Positions 31,235 to 40,100 of a stretch of 64,000 nt of DNA are shown piece by piece. The notes beneath the pieces were generated by a model. That model was not told the origin of the DNA, did not search any database, and saw only the letters and a program-made list of their open reading frames with translations. Where the stretch lies: contig CAVYBU010000007.1 of NCBI GenBank assembly GCA_963766735.1, forward strand, positions 256,001 to 320,000. Reading direction: 5' to 3'. Both the position numbers and the translations under genes were made by a program. This stretch comes from an uncultured Chloroflexia bacterium (GTDB lineage: Bacteria; Chloroflexota; Limnocylindria; Limnocylindrales; CSP1-4). Each line of letters begins with the position of its first letter. The first letter of the stretch is position 1.

Positions 31235-32362
31235 ATGGCATCCTCGAGACGCGTCGGCATCCTCACCGCGGGCGGCGACAGCCCCGGTCTCAACGCCGCC
31301 ATCCGTGCCTTCGGCAAGGCTGCGATCGGCACCTACGGCATGGAGGTCGTGGGGTTCCGTGACGGGTTCCGCGGCCTGGCGGAGAACCGCAAGGTCCGCC
31401 TGGAGAAGCGGGCGCTCGCGGGGATCCTGACCGTCGGCGGGACGATCCTCGGCACCAGCCGGGACAAGCCGCACCGGATGCTCGTGGACGGCGAGACCCG
31501 CGACATGACCGGCACGATCATCGAGGTCTGCCGGAAGGAGCGTCTCGAGGGCCTCGTCTGCCTCGGTGGGGGCGGAACCGCCAAGAGTGCCCTGCGCCTC
31601 GGCCGGGCCGGGCTCAACGTCCTGACCCTGCCCAAGACGATCGACAACGACGTCGCCGGCACGGATGCGACGTTCGGCTTCGCCACTGCGATCGAGATCG
31701 CGACTGAGGCCATCGACCGTCTCCACAGCACGGCGCACAGCCACCACCGGATCATCGTGGCCGAGGTCATGGGTCACCGGGCCGGCTGGCTGACGCTGGG
31801 AGCGGGCCTGGCCGGTGGCGCGGACGTGATCCTGATCCCGGAGATCCCATACAAGGTCTCGGCGATCGCGGCGGCCATCAAGGACCGGGTCCGCAAGGGA
31901 ACCAACTTCAGCATTGTCGCCGTGGCGGAGGGCGCCCGGAGCGTGGACGACGCACGCGCGCTGATCGCGGCGGAATCGCGGGCCGGCCGAGCCAAGGACC
32001 CCGTTGCCAAAGAGGCCGCGCAGGCCGAGGTCCGGCTCCTGGAGATCCAGCACCAGGGCAACACGCTCCGCCTCGCCGCGCAGCTGGAGCAATTGACCGG
32101 GCTCGAGTCTCGCGTCTCGATCCTGGGCTATGTCCAGCGCGGCGGCACCCCGTCCCCGATCGACCGTCTCCTGGCGACGCGCCTCGGGACCGCCGCAGCG
32201 GATCTCGTCGCGGCCGGGACGTACGGCGTCATGGTCGCGGCGCGAGGTGACGGCACGGAGGCCGTCCCGCTGGAAGAGGTCGCCGGTCGCCGCAAGCTGG
32301 TGCCGGTCGACCACCCGTGGGTGGCGTCGGCGCGGCACGTGGGTACCTGTCTCGGCGACTGA
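31235..32362 (+). CDS. pfkA: 6-phosphofructokinase
   Basis: [53 protein letters not shown]. Confidence 0.93.
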   Translation: MASSRRVGILTAGGDSPGLNAAIRAFGKAAIGTYGMEVVGFRDGFRGLAENRKVRLEKRALAGILTVGGTILGTSRDKPHRMLVDGETRDMTGTIIEVCRKERLEGLVCLGGGGTAKSALRLGRAGLNVLTLPKTIDNDVAGTDATFGFATAIEIATEAIDRLHSTAHSHHRIIVAEVMGHRAGWLTLGAGLAGGADVILIPEIPYKVSAIAAAIKDRVRKGTNFSIVAVAEGARSVDDARALIAAESRAGRAKDPVAKEAAQAEVRLLEIQHQGNTLRLAAQLEQLTGLESRVSILGYVQRGGTPSPIDRLLATRLGTAAADLVAAGTYGVMVAARGDGTEAVPLEEVAGRRKLVPVDHPWVASARHVGTCLGD

Positions 32363-32433
32363 CAGGCTGCCGCGTCGTGGGCGCCTCGTGGCGGGTGGTC
32401 TTCGTGGGGCTCAGCCGACCGGGGTGGTGAGCC

Positions 32434-33228
32434 TCAGCCGACGCGTCGCGAGAGAACACGGAGGCCGATCATCATTGCACCGACGACGAGCGTCACCGCG
32501 GCGAGCGCGAGAAGGATGACGTTCCCCGGCGTCGCCGCTGTCTCCTGGCTGTCTGCCAAGACCCGGCTCGCGTCGCCGGACGGCGCGGCCACCTCGGCCG
32601 GCGGCGACGCCTGGCGGACGCCCTCGTTCGAGGTGTCGGCATTCGCGTCAGAACTCTTGTCCGTCCCGGGTGCCCGGGACCCGGCGTACATATCGGCCTC
32701 CGGCGCCGTGACCGCACCCTGGATGTCCGGGGAGTCCGGGGCGACGGTGGCGCTGACATCGCCGCCCTCGGCGACTGGCGATCCATCAGCCATTGGCGGT
32801 GCCGCGAGGAGCGGGGCCTCTGCGGGCGCCGCACCCGCCGTGGCGCCGCCCAGGGGCAGCCCGGTGCCGGCGAGGAGGATGCCCACGAGGCCCAGGGCGG
32901 CGAGCCCGGACCCCAGCGGAGCGGCAAAGGCGAAGCGAGGCCCGGCGAACGGCGCGAGGAGCCGGCGCCAGCCGGCGGGACGGAGGGACGCGGCCTCTTC
33001 GGCGGTCAGGCGGAAGTCGCGGGTGCGGCGGGGCGCCGGCATGAGCGGCAGGGCCGCGGCGATCGCGCGCAGATCGTGGTGGAGGGCCGCGCACGCGGCA
33101 CACCCGGCGACCTGGGCGGTCGCGGCCTCGAGCTCCGCGCCCGTGGCGTCACCCGCGGCATAGGCGGCGACGAGGACGGGATCGTGGGCGGCGTGGGCGG
33201 CGGGCGTGGCGGCGGCGGGGTGCGGCAT
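32434..33228 (-). CDS. Putative ZAS-like membrane anti-sigma factor, copy A
   Basis: HD..LVAAYA...QVAGCAACAALHHDL (CxxC), PRRTRDFRLT, TM segment, Ala/Pro-rich region, C-terminal TM; downstream of an ECF sigma. Confidence 0.75.
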   Translation of the reverse strand: MPHPAAATPAAHAAHDPVLVAAYAAGDATGAELEAATAQVAGCAACAALHHDLRAIAAALPLMPAPRRTRDFRLTAEEAASLRPAGWRRLLAPFAGPRFAFAAPLGSGLAALGLVGILLAGTGLPLGGATAGAAPAEAPLLAAPPMADGSPVAEGGDVSATVAPDSPDIQGAVTAPEADMYAGSRAPGTDKSSDANADTSNEGVRQASPPAEVAAPSGDASRVLADSQETAATPGNVILLALAAVTLVVGAMMIGLRVLSRRVG

Positions 33229-33239
33229 GTCCCTGCCAT

Positions 33240-33265
33240 GACGACGCGACGGGCCCGGCGGTTCC
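33240..33265 (-). promoter_or_regulatory. Putative ECF-sigma promoter for anti-sigma copy A
   Basis: Minus strand reads GGAAC-N17-CGTCA, with the CGTC ending 11 nt before the ATG at 33228. Confidence 0.6.
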
Positions 33266-33269
33266 AGGG

Positions 33270-34012
33270 TCAGGGAGCGCGGACCGCAGACCGTCCCGCG
33301 AAACGCAGCACCACCAGGGCCAGGCCGGCCATGAGGGCAACCAGGGAGACCGCCAGCGCCATCGGAATTGCCGATCCGTTGTCGTCCCTGGCCGCCTTGT
33401 CCTCGGCGCCCGCGCCCGGTGCTGCCGGGTCGGCCGGCTGCGCGGCCAGCTGCGGGTCAATGCTCGCGTCGGGAACGCCGGCCACCGAGGGCTCTCCCTG
33501 CGCCATCACGGCGTCCTCCGGCGAGGGCGTCTGCATGTCCAAGGCTGGCGCCGGTGCCATCTCCGCCCCATTGGAGGTTGCGCGCTCGGCCTCTGCGGGC
33601 GCCGCACCCGCCGTGGCGCCGCCCAGGGGCAGCCCGGTGCCGGCGAGGAGGATGCCCACGAGGCCCAGGGCGGCGAGCCCGGACCCCAGCGGAGCGGCAA
33701 AGGCGAAGCGAGGCCCGGCGAACGGCGCGAGGAGCCGGCGCCAGCCGGCGGGACGGAGGGACGCGGCCTCTTCGGCGGTCAGGCGGAAGTCGCGGGTGCG
33801 GCGGGGTGCCGGCATGAGCGGCAGGGCCGCGGCGATCGCGCGCAGATCGTGGTGGAGGGCCGCGCACGCGGCACACCCGGCGACCTGGGCGGTCGCGGCC
33901 TCGAGCTCCGCGCCCGTGGCGTCACCCGCGGCATAGGCGGCGACGAGGACGGGATCGTGGGCGGCGTGGGCGGCGGGTCGACGGCGGGCGTGGCGGCGGC
34001 GGGGTGCGGCAT
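33270..34012 (-). CDS. Putative anti-sigma factor, copy B (frameshifted near codon 11-13 as sequenced)
   Basis: ATG overlaps the sigma stop (TGATG). An 11-nt insertion relative to copy A shifts the frame; the rest is intact in the 33270..34061 ORF frame. Confidence 0.65.
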
Positions 34013-34629
34013 CAGCCCTCCTCCCCGCGGAACAGGCCCATGGTGCCCTCGAGCTGCTCACGCAGGGCCAGGCGGCCGCGATGGATCCGGGACTTCACGG
34101 TCCCCAGCGAGACGCCCGTCAGATCGGCGATCTCCGCATAGTCGTAGCCCTCCACGTCGAACATGACGATCGCGTGGCGTTGATGAGGGGTGATCGCCGC
34201 GAGGGCCGCCCGTAGCACGCGCGCCCGCTCGCCGTGCATCGCCGTCCGCTCGGGGTCCGCCTCGGGGCCGGCTGGTGGCTGCCAGGTCTCGTCCTCAAGC
34301 TCTGGGTAGGGCTGGGACGGGCGGCGCTTCTTGAGCCGCTGCTGGTCCATCGCCGCGTTGATCGCGATCCGGCTCAGCCACGCGCGGACGCTGCCGCCGC
34401 GGAACGAGCGCATGTTCCGGTACGCGGAGAAGAACGCCTCCTGGACGGCGTCCGACGCCTGGTCGCGGTCCGGGACCATGCGGGCAACGAGCGAGAACAG
34501 GTGGTCCTGGTAGCACTCGACGAGATCGTTGAAGGCGTCGAGGCTGCCGTCGCGTGCCTTCTCCAGCAGGATCAGGTCGCGGCGCTGGATGGGATCCTCG
34601 ACGGCCCCCGACGGCCGGGCGTCCTGCAC
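34012..34629 (-). CDS. ECF sigma-70 family RNA polymerase sigma factor
   Basis: DAVQEAFFSAY, WLSRIAINAAMD, region 4 YAEIADLTGVSLGTVKSRIHRGR; GTG at 34629 follows an AGGAGG RBS (ORF-track start 34680). Confidence 0.92.
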   Translation of the reverse strand: MQDARPSGAVEDPIQRRDLILLEKARDGSLDAFNDLVECYQDHLFSLVARMVPDRDQASDAVQEAFFSAYRNMRSFRGGSVRAWLSRIAINAAMDQQRLKKRRPSQPYPELEDETWQPPAGPEADPERTAMHGERARVLRAALAAITPHQRHAIVMFDVEGYDYAEIADLTGVSLGTVKSRIHRGRLALREQLEGTMGLFRGEEG

Positions 34630-34800
34630 GACGGGCGCGACCCTCCTGGCGACGGTGGTGAGGCGCGCCGAGTCTAGCATCGGGGTGCGGTGGAAACGCC
34701 GATCGCGGGAACGCCGATCGCGGCGACGAGGCTGGGCATCGCGGTTGGGACGCCAGGCGACCTGCCGAGGTTCCCTCGTCGGCTACGATGGCCTCTGCCT

Positions 34801-34886
34801 GGCGAAGTGGCGGAATGGCAGACGCGACGGTCTCAAACACCGTTGGCCGCAAGGTCGTGTGGGTTCGAATCCCACCTTCGCTACCA
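34801..34886 (+). tRNA. tRNA-Leu(CAA)
   Basis: Acceptor stem GGCGAAG/CTTCGCT-A-CCA, anticodon stem ACGGT/ACCGT with loop CTCAAAC, long variable arm, GGTTCGAATCC T-arm. Confidence 0.96.
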
Positions 34887-35143
34887 CAATTGGCAGCAAT
34901 CCCGCACTCGTACGGACAGTCGGGTCGTTTGTGGGCGACCCGAGATTGCCAAGTCATTCCAGGCCGATGCTACTTCGCGAGCGACAGCGAGCGCATCTGC
35001 CGCCCGTACCCTGCTAGCGGATGCCCGGCGACGAACCGCGGCTGACCGATCGGCAGGGTATGAGGGCGATCGCTGCCTCAGGGAGTCGGCGTCTGAGCGC
35101 GGTAGCGCGTGTCCCGCCCCGGGGGCCGGGACACGCGGATCTC

Positions 35144-35488
35144 TTGACCAACGGCCTTTCGCCGGCTCGCCACCCGAAGCGCGGCTCCACGCTCATCCGC
35201 CTGACGCTCGCCGCACAGGTCGCCGATCTGCTGACGTTCCTGCTCGCGGTGGCCATCGAGCCGGACCTCGTCTCGTTCGAGGTAGGTCCGATCGGTGCCA
35301 TCTACGCGGTCGGAGGTCCGGTAGCGGCGACGGCGTTCAAGGTCGCAGGACTGGCCGTGGTGTTCGCCGCGCTGGCCGTCTACCGCGGTCGCCTCACGAA
35401 ACCGATCCTGGTCGCCGTCTTGGCACTCGGCGCGGTCGGTGCCGTTGCGAACGTGCACGCGCTGCTGGTTGCCGGGGGTCTCATCTGA
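35144..35488 (+). CDS. Small membrane protein, DUF5658-like (start uncertain: 35021, 35060 or 35144)
   Basis: ADLLTF...EVGP...GGPVAATAFKVAG pattern with three hydrophobic helices. Confidence 0.55.
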   Translation: MTNGLSPARHPKRGSTLIRLTLAAQVADLLTFLLAVAIEPDLVSFEVGPIGAIYAVGGPVAATAFKVAGLAVVFAALAVYRGRLTKPILVAVLALGAVGAVANVHALLVAGGLI

Positions 35489-35722
35489 TCCGCGGGTGCC
35501 AGATGTCTCCCTTCTGACACGCGGCAAGTACCAACCGTGCCCGGCTCAGACACATCGCCTGACCGATCCGCAGGGCCAGCAGGCGACATGGGGGCCGATG
35601 AGGCCTGTTGCCCCTTGGCGGCGACAGTCACCGCAGCGACCATGTTGGACCGAGGCTGAGCTGTGGTCGGCAGCCACACCGACGGCCGCCAGTCGCGAAC
35701 GTCTCAACGCAGGAGGCATCAC

Positions 35723-35884
35723 GTGGGGATCAACCGGACGCTGTTCGCTGCCGGTCTGCTGGTCGCCTTTGGCGCCGCCACGCTCCTGGTGCTGAACGTC
35801 CTCGAGTCAGGTCCTGCTGCCGCAATCGGCATCCTGGGGATCGGCCTGATTGCCGCTTCGGGTCGTACGCGACCCAGCCGCTAG
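35723..35884 (+). CDS. 53-aa two-TM membrane protein
   Basis: AGGAGG RBS, then GTG; MGINRTLFAAGLLVAFGAATLLVLNVLESGPAAAIGILGIGLIAASGRTRPSR. Confidence 0.65.
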   Translation: MGINRTLFAAGLLVAFGAATLLVLNVLESGPAAAIGILGIGLIAASGRTRPSR

Positions 35885-36070
35885 TGACCCACCTCCAGCC
35901 CAGCACTCGCCCGACCGATCGGCAGGGCCAGCGGGCGACCGGGGGCGTCGCTGCTTCTGGCAGAAAATGTGGCGCAATTGGGGCGGACGGAGGCGGCTAC
36001 GCGGACCGAAATAGAACGCCGTTCGTGCGGGAATTGGGACACCGCGGACACCGGCGGACGCTATCCGGGC

Positions 36071-36128
36071 GTCTCAAACACCGTTGGCCGCAAGGTCGTG
36101 TGGGTTCGAATCCCACCTTCGCTACCAC
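36071..36128 (+). repeat. att-like duplication of the tRNA-Leu 3' part
   Basis: Identical to 34830-34887 (GTCTCAAAC...GCTACCAC), starting at the anticodon arm. Confidence 0.95.
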
Positions 36129-36188
36129 GGCCCCTGTGCCCGATCGGGCCCAGGCCACCCAAATATGGCGCCAGAGGAGGCCAACGGG

Positions 36189-36389
36189 TTGAGCAACAAG
36201 CACCACAGCGAGAGCAGCAAGTCGCACAACGCCCGCAAGAAGCACGACCAGCAGGCCCGCCAGCACGAACAGGCGACGGGCAATCCCTGGCACGAGTCGA
36301 AGGGCGCCCGAATCGGGATGGCCGCGATCGCCATCATCGCGGTGGTGTCGCTGACCCTGCTGTTCCTGGGCGGCGTCATCAAGTGGTAG
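36189..36389 (+). CDS. Small basic protein with a C-terminal TM helix
   Basis: GAGGAGG RBS, then TTG; SNKHHSESSKSHNARKKH...IAIIAVVSLTLLFLGGVIKW. Confidence 0.65.
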   Translation: MSNKHHSESSKSHNARKKHDQQARQHEQATGNPWHESKGARIGMAAIAIIAVVSLTLLFLGGVIKW

Positions 36390-36492
36390 GCGCGGTGGTC
36401 GACGCCACCGTGTCCCCCCGCCCGAACCCGGCTTGGGCCGCGAGCCGGTAGACTCCCGGCTGCGCAAACCGTCAACCTTCCGCGGAGTCCAC

Positions 36493-37068
36493 ATGAGCCT
36501 CTTTCGCCGCGTCCTGAACCTCGATGCCCCCGACTCGCCCGATCTCCCGGTCCATCCCGACGCGCCGCTGCCGGCTGCAACTGCCGCCGAGACCGACAGC
36601 GTGCGGACGATCTCGATCCGCCTGGAGGCCCTGCCGCCGGCCCGGGCACGATACGTCGCGGCGTTCGCCTACCTGCTCGGCCGCGCCGCGCATGCGACGG
36701 GCGACATGAGCGACGCCGAGCGCGCCGCGATGCTGCGCATCGCCGACGCCGGCGGTCTCGACGCGGAGACCGCACCGCTCGTGATCGACCTGGCCGGAAC
36801 GCTGGCCGGCGAGTTCGGCGCGACGGAGGACTTCCTCGTCACTCGCGAGTTCAAGGCGATCTCGACGATGGAGGAGCGGGAGCGGCTCCTGCGCTGCTGC
36901 TTCCTCGTGATGGCGGCCGATGACGAGATCGACGCGACCGAGTCCTGGCTGGCGAACCGCCTGGCGGAGGAGCTGGACGTCGAGCGCCCGGATCTCAATC
37001 GCATCCGCGAGGAGTTCCACGAGCAGCTGTCCGGCGTGCGCGAGCTCCGGGAGCTCCAGGCCGGCTGA
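36493..37068 (+). CDS. TerB-like family protein
   Basis: AAFAYLLGRAAHATGDMSDAE and CFLVMAADDEIDATE...LAEELDV, a duplicated TerB-like motif. Confidence 0.8.
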   Translation: MSLFRRVLNLDAPDSPDLPVHPDAPLPAATAAETDSVRTISIRLEALPPARARYVAAFAYLLGRAAHATGDMSDAERAAMLRIADAGGLDAETAPLVIDLAGTLAGEFGATEDFLVTREFKAISTMEERERLLRCCFLVMAADDEIDATESWLANRLAEELDVERPDLNRIREEFHEQLSGVRELRELQAG

Positions 37069-37171
37069 ACGGCGCCACGTGCGGGGGATCCTCGCCGGGC
37101 GGAGGAGTGCGCCACCGGCGCCGCCTGCCACCTGCCGCACGCGCGCGCGACACGCGCCCGCGCCGGGGGCC

Positions 37172-40100
37172 TCAGGCCAGCTGGAGGTCGATCACACCCT
37201 CGCCGACGCGACGTCGCACCTCGGCGACCAGCTCCGCGTCGTAGGCCACACCCCGCAGCTCCATCGGCAACGCGCTGCCCCCCGGGGCCGGCACGTGCAC
37301 GATCACGCGCGTCGCGCCAGGCCTCTCCCTCAGCACGCCCTTGAACGCCTGCATCGCGGCCAGGACGCGATCCGTCGCGGCACCGCGGGCGAAGCGGATG
37401 TTGAGCACGGCACCGGGAGCCGCCTCAACGGGACGTGACGGGGCATCGTTGGCCGCCGCGGCGCGGGAGCGCTGTTCGTCGGGGAGCGGCGGCGACTCGG
37501 GCTCGTCGGTTCCCTCGAGCCCCGTCGCTCCCGGCGGCTCCGCGTATGTTGGGACGGGCTCGGCCGGACGGAGCGGGCCACCGCCGCGGCCGTTGGCGCC
37601 GCTGCCGTTGCCGTTGTCCCGGGCGCCGTTCCCGTTTCCGCCACCGCGGGCGCCGACGCCGCTCCCCCCTGGAGCTCCCCCACCCCGTCGCGCCGCCCGC
37701 TTGTCCAGCGAGCCGACGTCCTTCGCGAACGCCTCCGGCCCGCGATCCGCGACGGCATCCCAGTCCCAGACCGAGTCGGCCAGCAGCGAGGCCTCGTCGC
37801 CCCGGTGGTCCACGCGTCCGGCCACCAGCAGGATCGCGCCGTCGCGCCAGGTCCCCACCGTCTGCTCGTACGTCTTCGGGAAGACCACCACCTCGAGAGT
37901 CCCCTGCAGGTCCTCGAGCGTGACGACCGCCATCATGCTCTTCGACTTGGTGAGCACCGAGCGGATCCCGGTCACGATCCCGCCCAGGACCACGCGCTGA
38001 CCGTCGAGCGACTCGTCCTTGAGGTCTCCGGAGTACGCCGTCACGAACTGCCCGACGCGTTCCGCCACCTCGCCCATCGGGTGATCCGAGAGGTAGAGCC
38101 CCATGAGCTCCTTCTCCCAGCGGAGACGCTCCCTGACCGGGGTCTCCGGCGTGGACGGCAGCGGCCGCTCCAGCGTGGAGGACTCGTCGCCGGTCATGTC
38201 GAACAGCGACGTCTGGCCGCTGATCCGGTCGCGCTGCGCGGCCTGGCCCGCGGCGAGCGCGTCGTCCAGGCCCATCAGGATCTGGGCCGGGTGCCCGAGA
38301 ACGTTGAGCGCTCCGACCTTGGCGAGTGACTCCAGCACCTTGCGGTTGGTGAGACGCAGGTCAACACGAGTGCAGAAGTCCGTCAGCGAGCGGAACTCAC
38401 CGCCCTCCTCGCGGGCCTTGATGATCGACTCGATCGCGCCCTCACCGACGTTCTTGACCGCCAGCAGCCCGAACCGGATGGCGTCGCCCTCGACCGTGAA
38501 CCCCAGCCCCGACTCGTGGACGTCCGGCGTGCGCACCTCGATGCCCAGGCGCCGGCACTCGGCGATCGCGGCCGCGACCTTCTCCGCGTTGTCCCGGAAC
38601 GCGGAGAGCACGGACGTCATGTACTCGACGGTGTAGTTCGCCTTGAGGTATGCGGTCTGGTACGCGATCAGCCCGTAGCAGGTCGCGTGGGCCTTGTTGA
38701 ACCCGTACCGCTCGAAGGGCTCGAACGCCTTGAACACCGCGTCGATGGTCTTTGCCGGCACGCCGCGCTCCGCGGCCCGCTCGACGAAGGTCTCCCGCAT
38801 CGACTGGAGCACCGCCCGCTTCTTCTTGCGGATGGCGTAGCCCAGCATGTCCGCCTCGGGCCCCGAGAAGCCGCCCAGGGCGATGGCGGCGGACATGATG
38901 TCCTCCTGGTACACGAAGATCCCGTACGTCCGGTTGAGGAACGGCTCCAGGAGCGGGTGGAGATACGTCACCGGCTCCTGGCCGTGCTTGCGCCGGATGT
39001 AGGCCGGGATGTTGTCCATCGGGCCCGGGCGGTAGAGCGCCACCATGGCCGCAAGGTCGAAGACGGACGTCGGCTGGAGCTCCTTGACGTAGCGGCGCAT
39101 CCCCGCGGACTCAAGCTGGAAGACACCCGTTGTCTCACCCGACGCGAGGAGATCGAAGGTCTTCGAATCGTCGAGCGGGATGTTGTCCAGGTCCACCGCG
39201 ATGTCGCGGTCCTCCTTGATCAGGTCCACGGCCTTGCGCAGGATCGTGAGGTTGGACAGGCCCAGGAAGTCGAACTTGAGCAGGCCCAGCGCCTCGATGC
39301 CGTGCATCTCGTACTGGGTCATCAGCGCGTCCGAGTTGGTCGCCTTCTGGAGCGGCATCAGCTCCGTCAGCGGCTCCCGCGAGATCACGACCCCGGCGGC
39401 GTGCGTGGACGCGTTCCGGGCCACACCCTCCAGTTGCTTCGCGAGCCCGATCAGCTTCCCGATCTGCGGATCCCCGTCGTGCATCTCCTTGAGCTGCGGG
39501 GAGAGCTGCAGTGCCTCCTCCAGCTTGATGCCCAGCTGGTTCGGGACCGCCTTGGCGATCCGGTCCACGTCCCCGTAGGACATCCCCAGCACGCGCCCGA
39601 CGTCCCGGATCGCGGCGCGGGCGAGCATCGTGCCGAAGGTGATGATCTGCGCGACGTGGTCCTGGCCGTACTTGCGGCTGACGTAGTTGATGACCTCGTC
39701 CCGGCGCTCGTCCTCGAAGTCCACGTCGATGTCCGGCATCGTCACGCGGTCCGGGTTGAGGAACCGCTCGAAGGGGAGGTCGTAGTGGAGCGGGTCCACC
39801 GGCGTGATGCCCAGCGTGTAGGTGACGATGGACCCGGGCGCCGACCCCCTGCAGGTGGTGGCGATCCCTTCCTGGCGTGCGAACCGCACGAAGTCCGCCA
39901 CGATCAGGAAGTAGCCGGCGTAGCCCATGGAGATGATCACGCCCAGCTCGTAGTCCAGGCGCTGCTGGAGGGCCGGGGTGATCACCCCGTAACGGCGGAC
40001 GAGGCCCGCCTCGCACTCCTTGCGCAGCCAGGTCTCCACCGTCTCGCCGTCGGGCACCGGGAAGTGCGGGATCCGGAGGTCGCCCAGCGGCAGCTTCAGG

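Larger units (their letters stand above)
32815..34012. repeat. Direct repeat of about 414 bp (32815-33228 and 33588-34012) covering the 5' halves of the two anti-sigma genes
   Basis: Identical at offset 773 except one synonymous substitution (33034 vs 33807) and an 11-nt insertion near 33972-33982. Confidence 0.95.
35044..35938 (+). repeat. Three copies of a GACCGATCSGCAGGG-core repeat (cores at 35044, 35561 and 35913)
   Basis: Copies 2 and 3 are 32-nt hairpins: TCGCCTG...CAGGCGA (35555-35586) and TCGCCCG...CGGGCGA (35907-35938). Confidence 0.8.
34887..36128. mobile_element. Integrase-less mini-island or island remnant integrated at tRNA-Leu
   Basis: Bounded by the tRNA and a 58-bp copy of its 3' part; contains two small membrane ORFs and three related repeats. 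Confidence 0.75.

Noticed and set aside
31151-32338. N-terminal extension of PolA in the 1396-aa ORF (likewise the extended starts for dnaE, mutM, coaE and MFS)
   Set aside because: The extensions overlap neighbouring genes; conserved N-terminal motifs define later starts.
34695-34723. AACGCCGATCGCGG direct repeat between the sigma gene and the tRNA
   Set aside because: Only two copies in GC-rich DNA, with no further support for function.
35044-35938. Classical integron attC sites
   Set aside because: No RYYYAAC/GTTRRRY ends and no intI in the window; kept only as an unclassified repeat.
36071-36128. Second tRNA-Leu gene
   Set aside because: Lacks the 5' acceptor strand and D-arm; it is only the 3' 58 bp.
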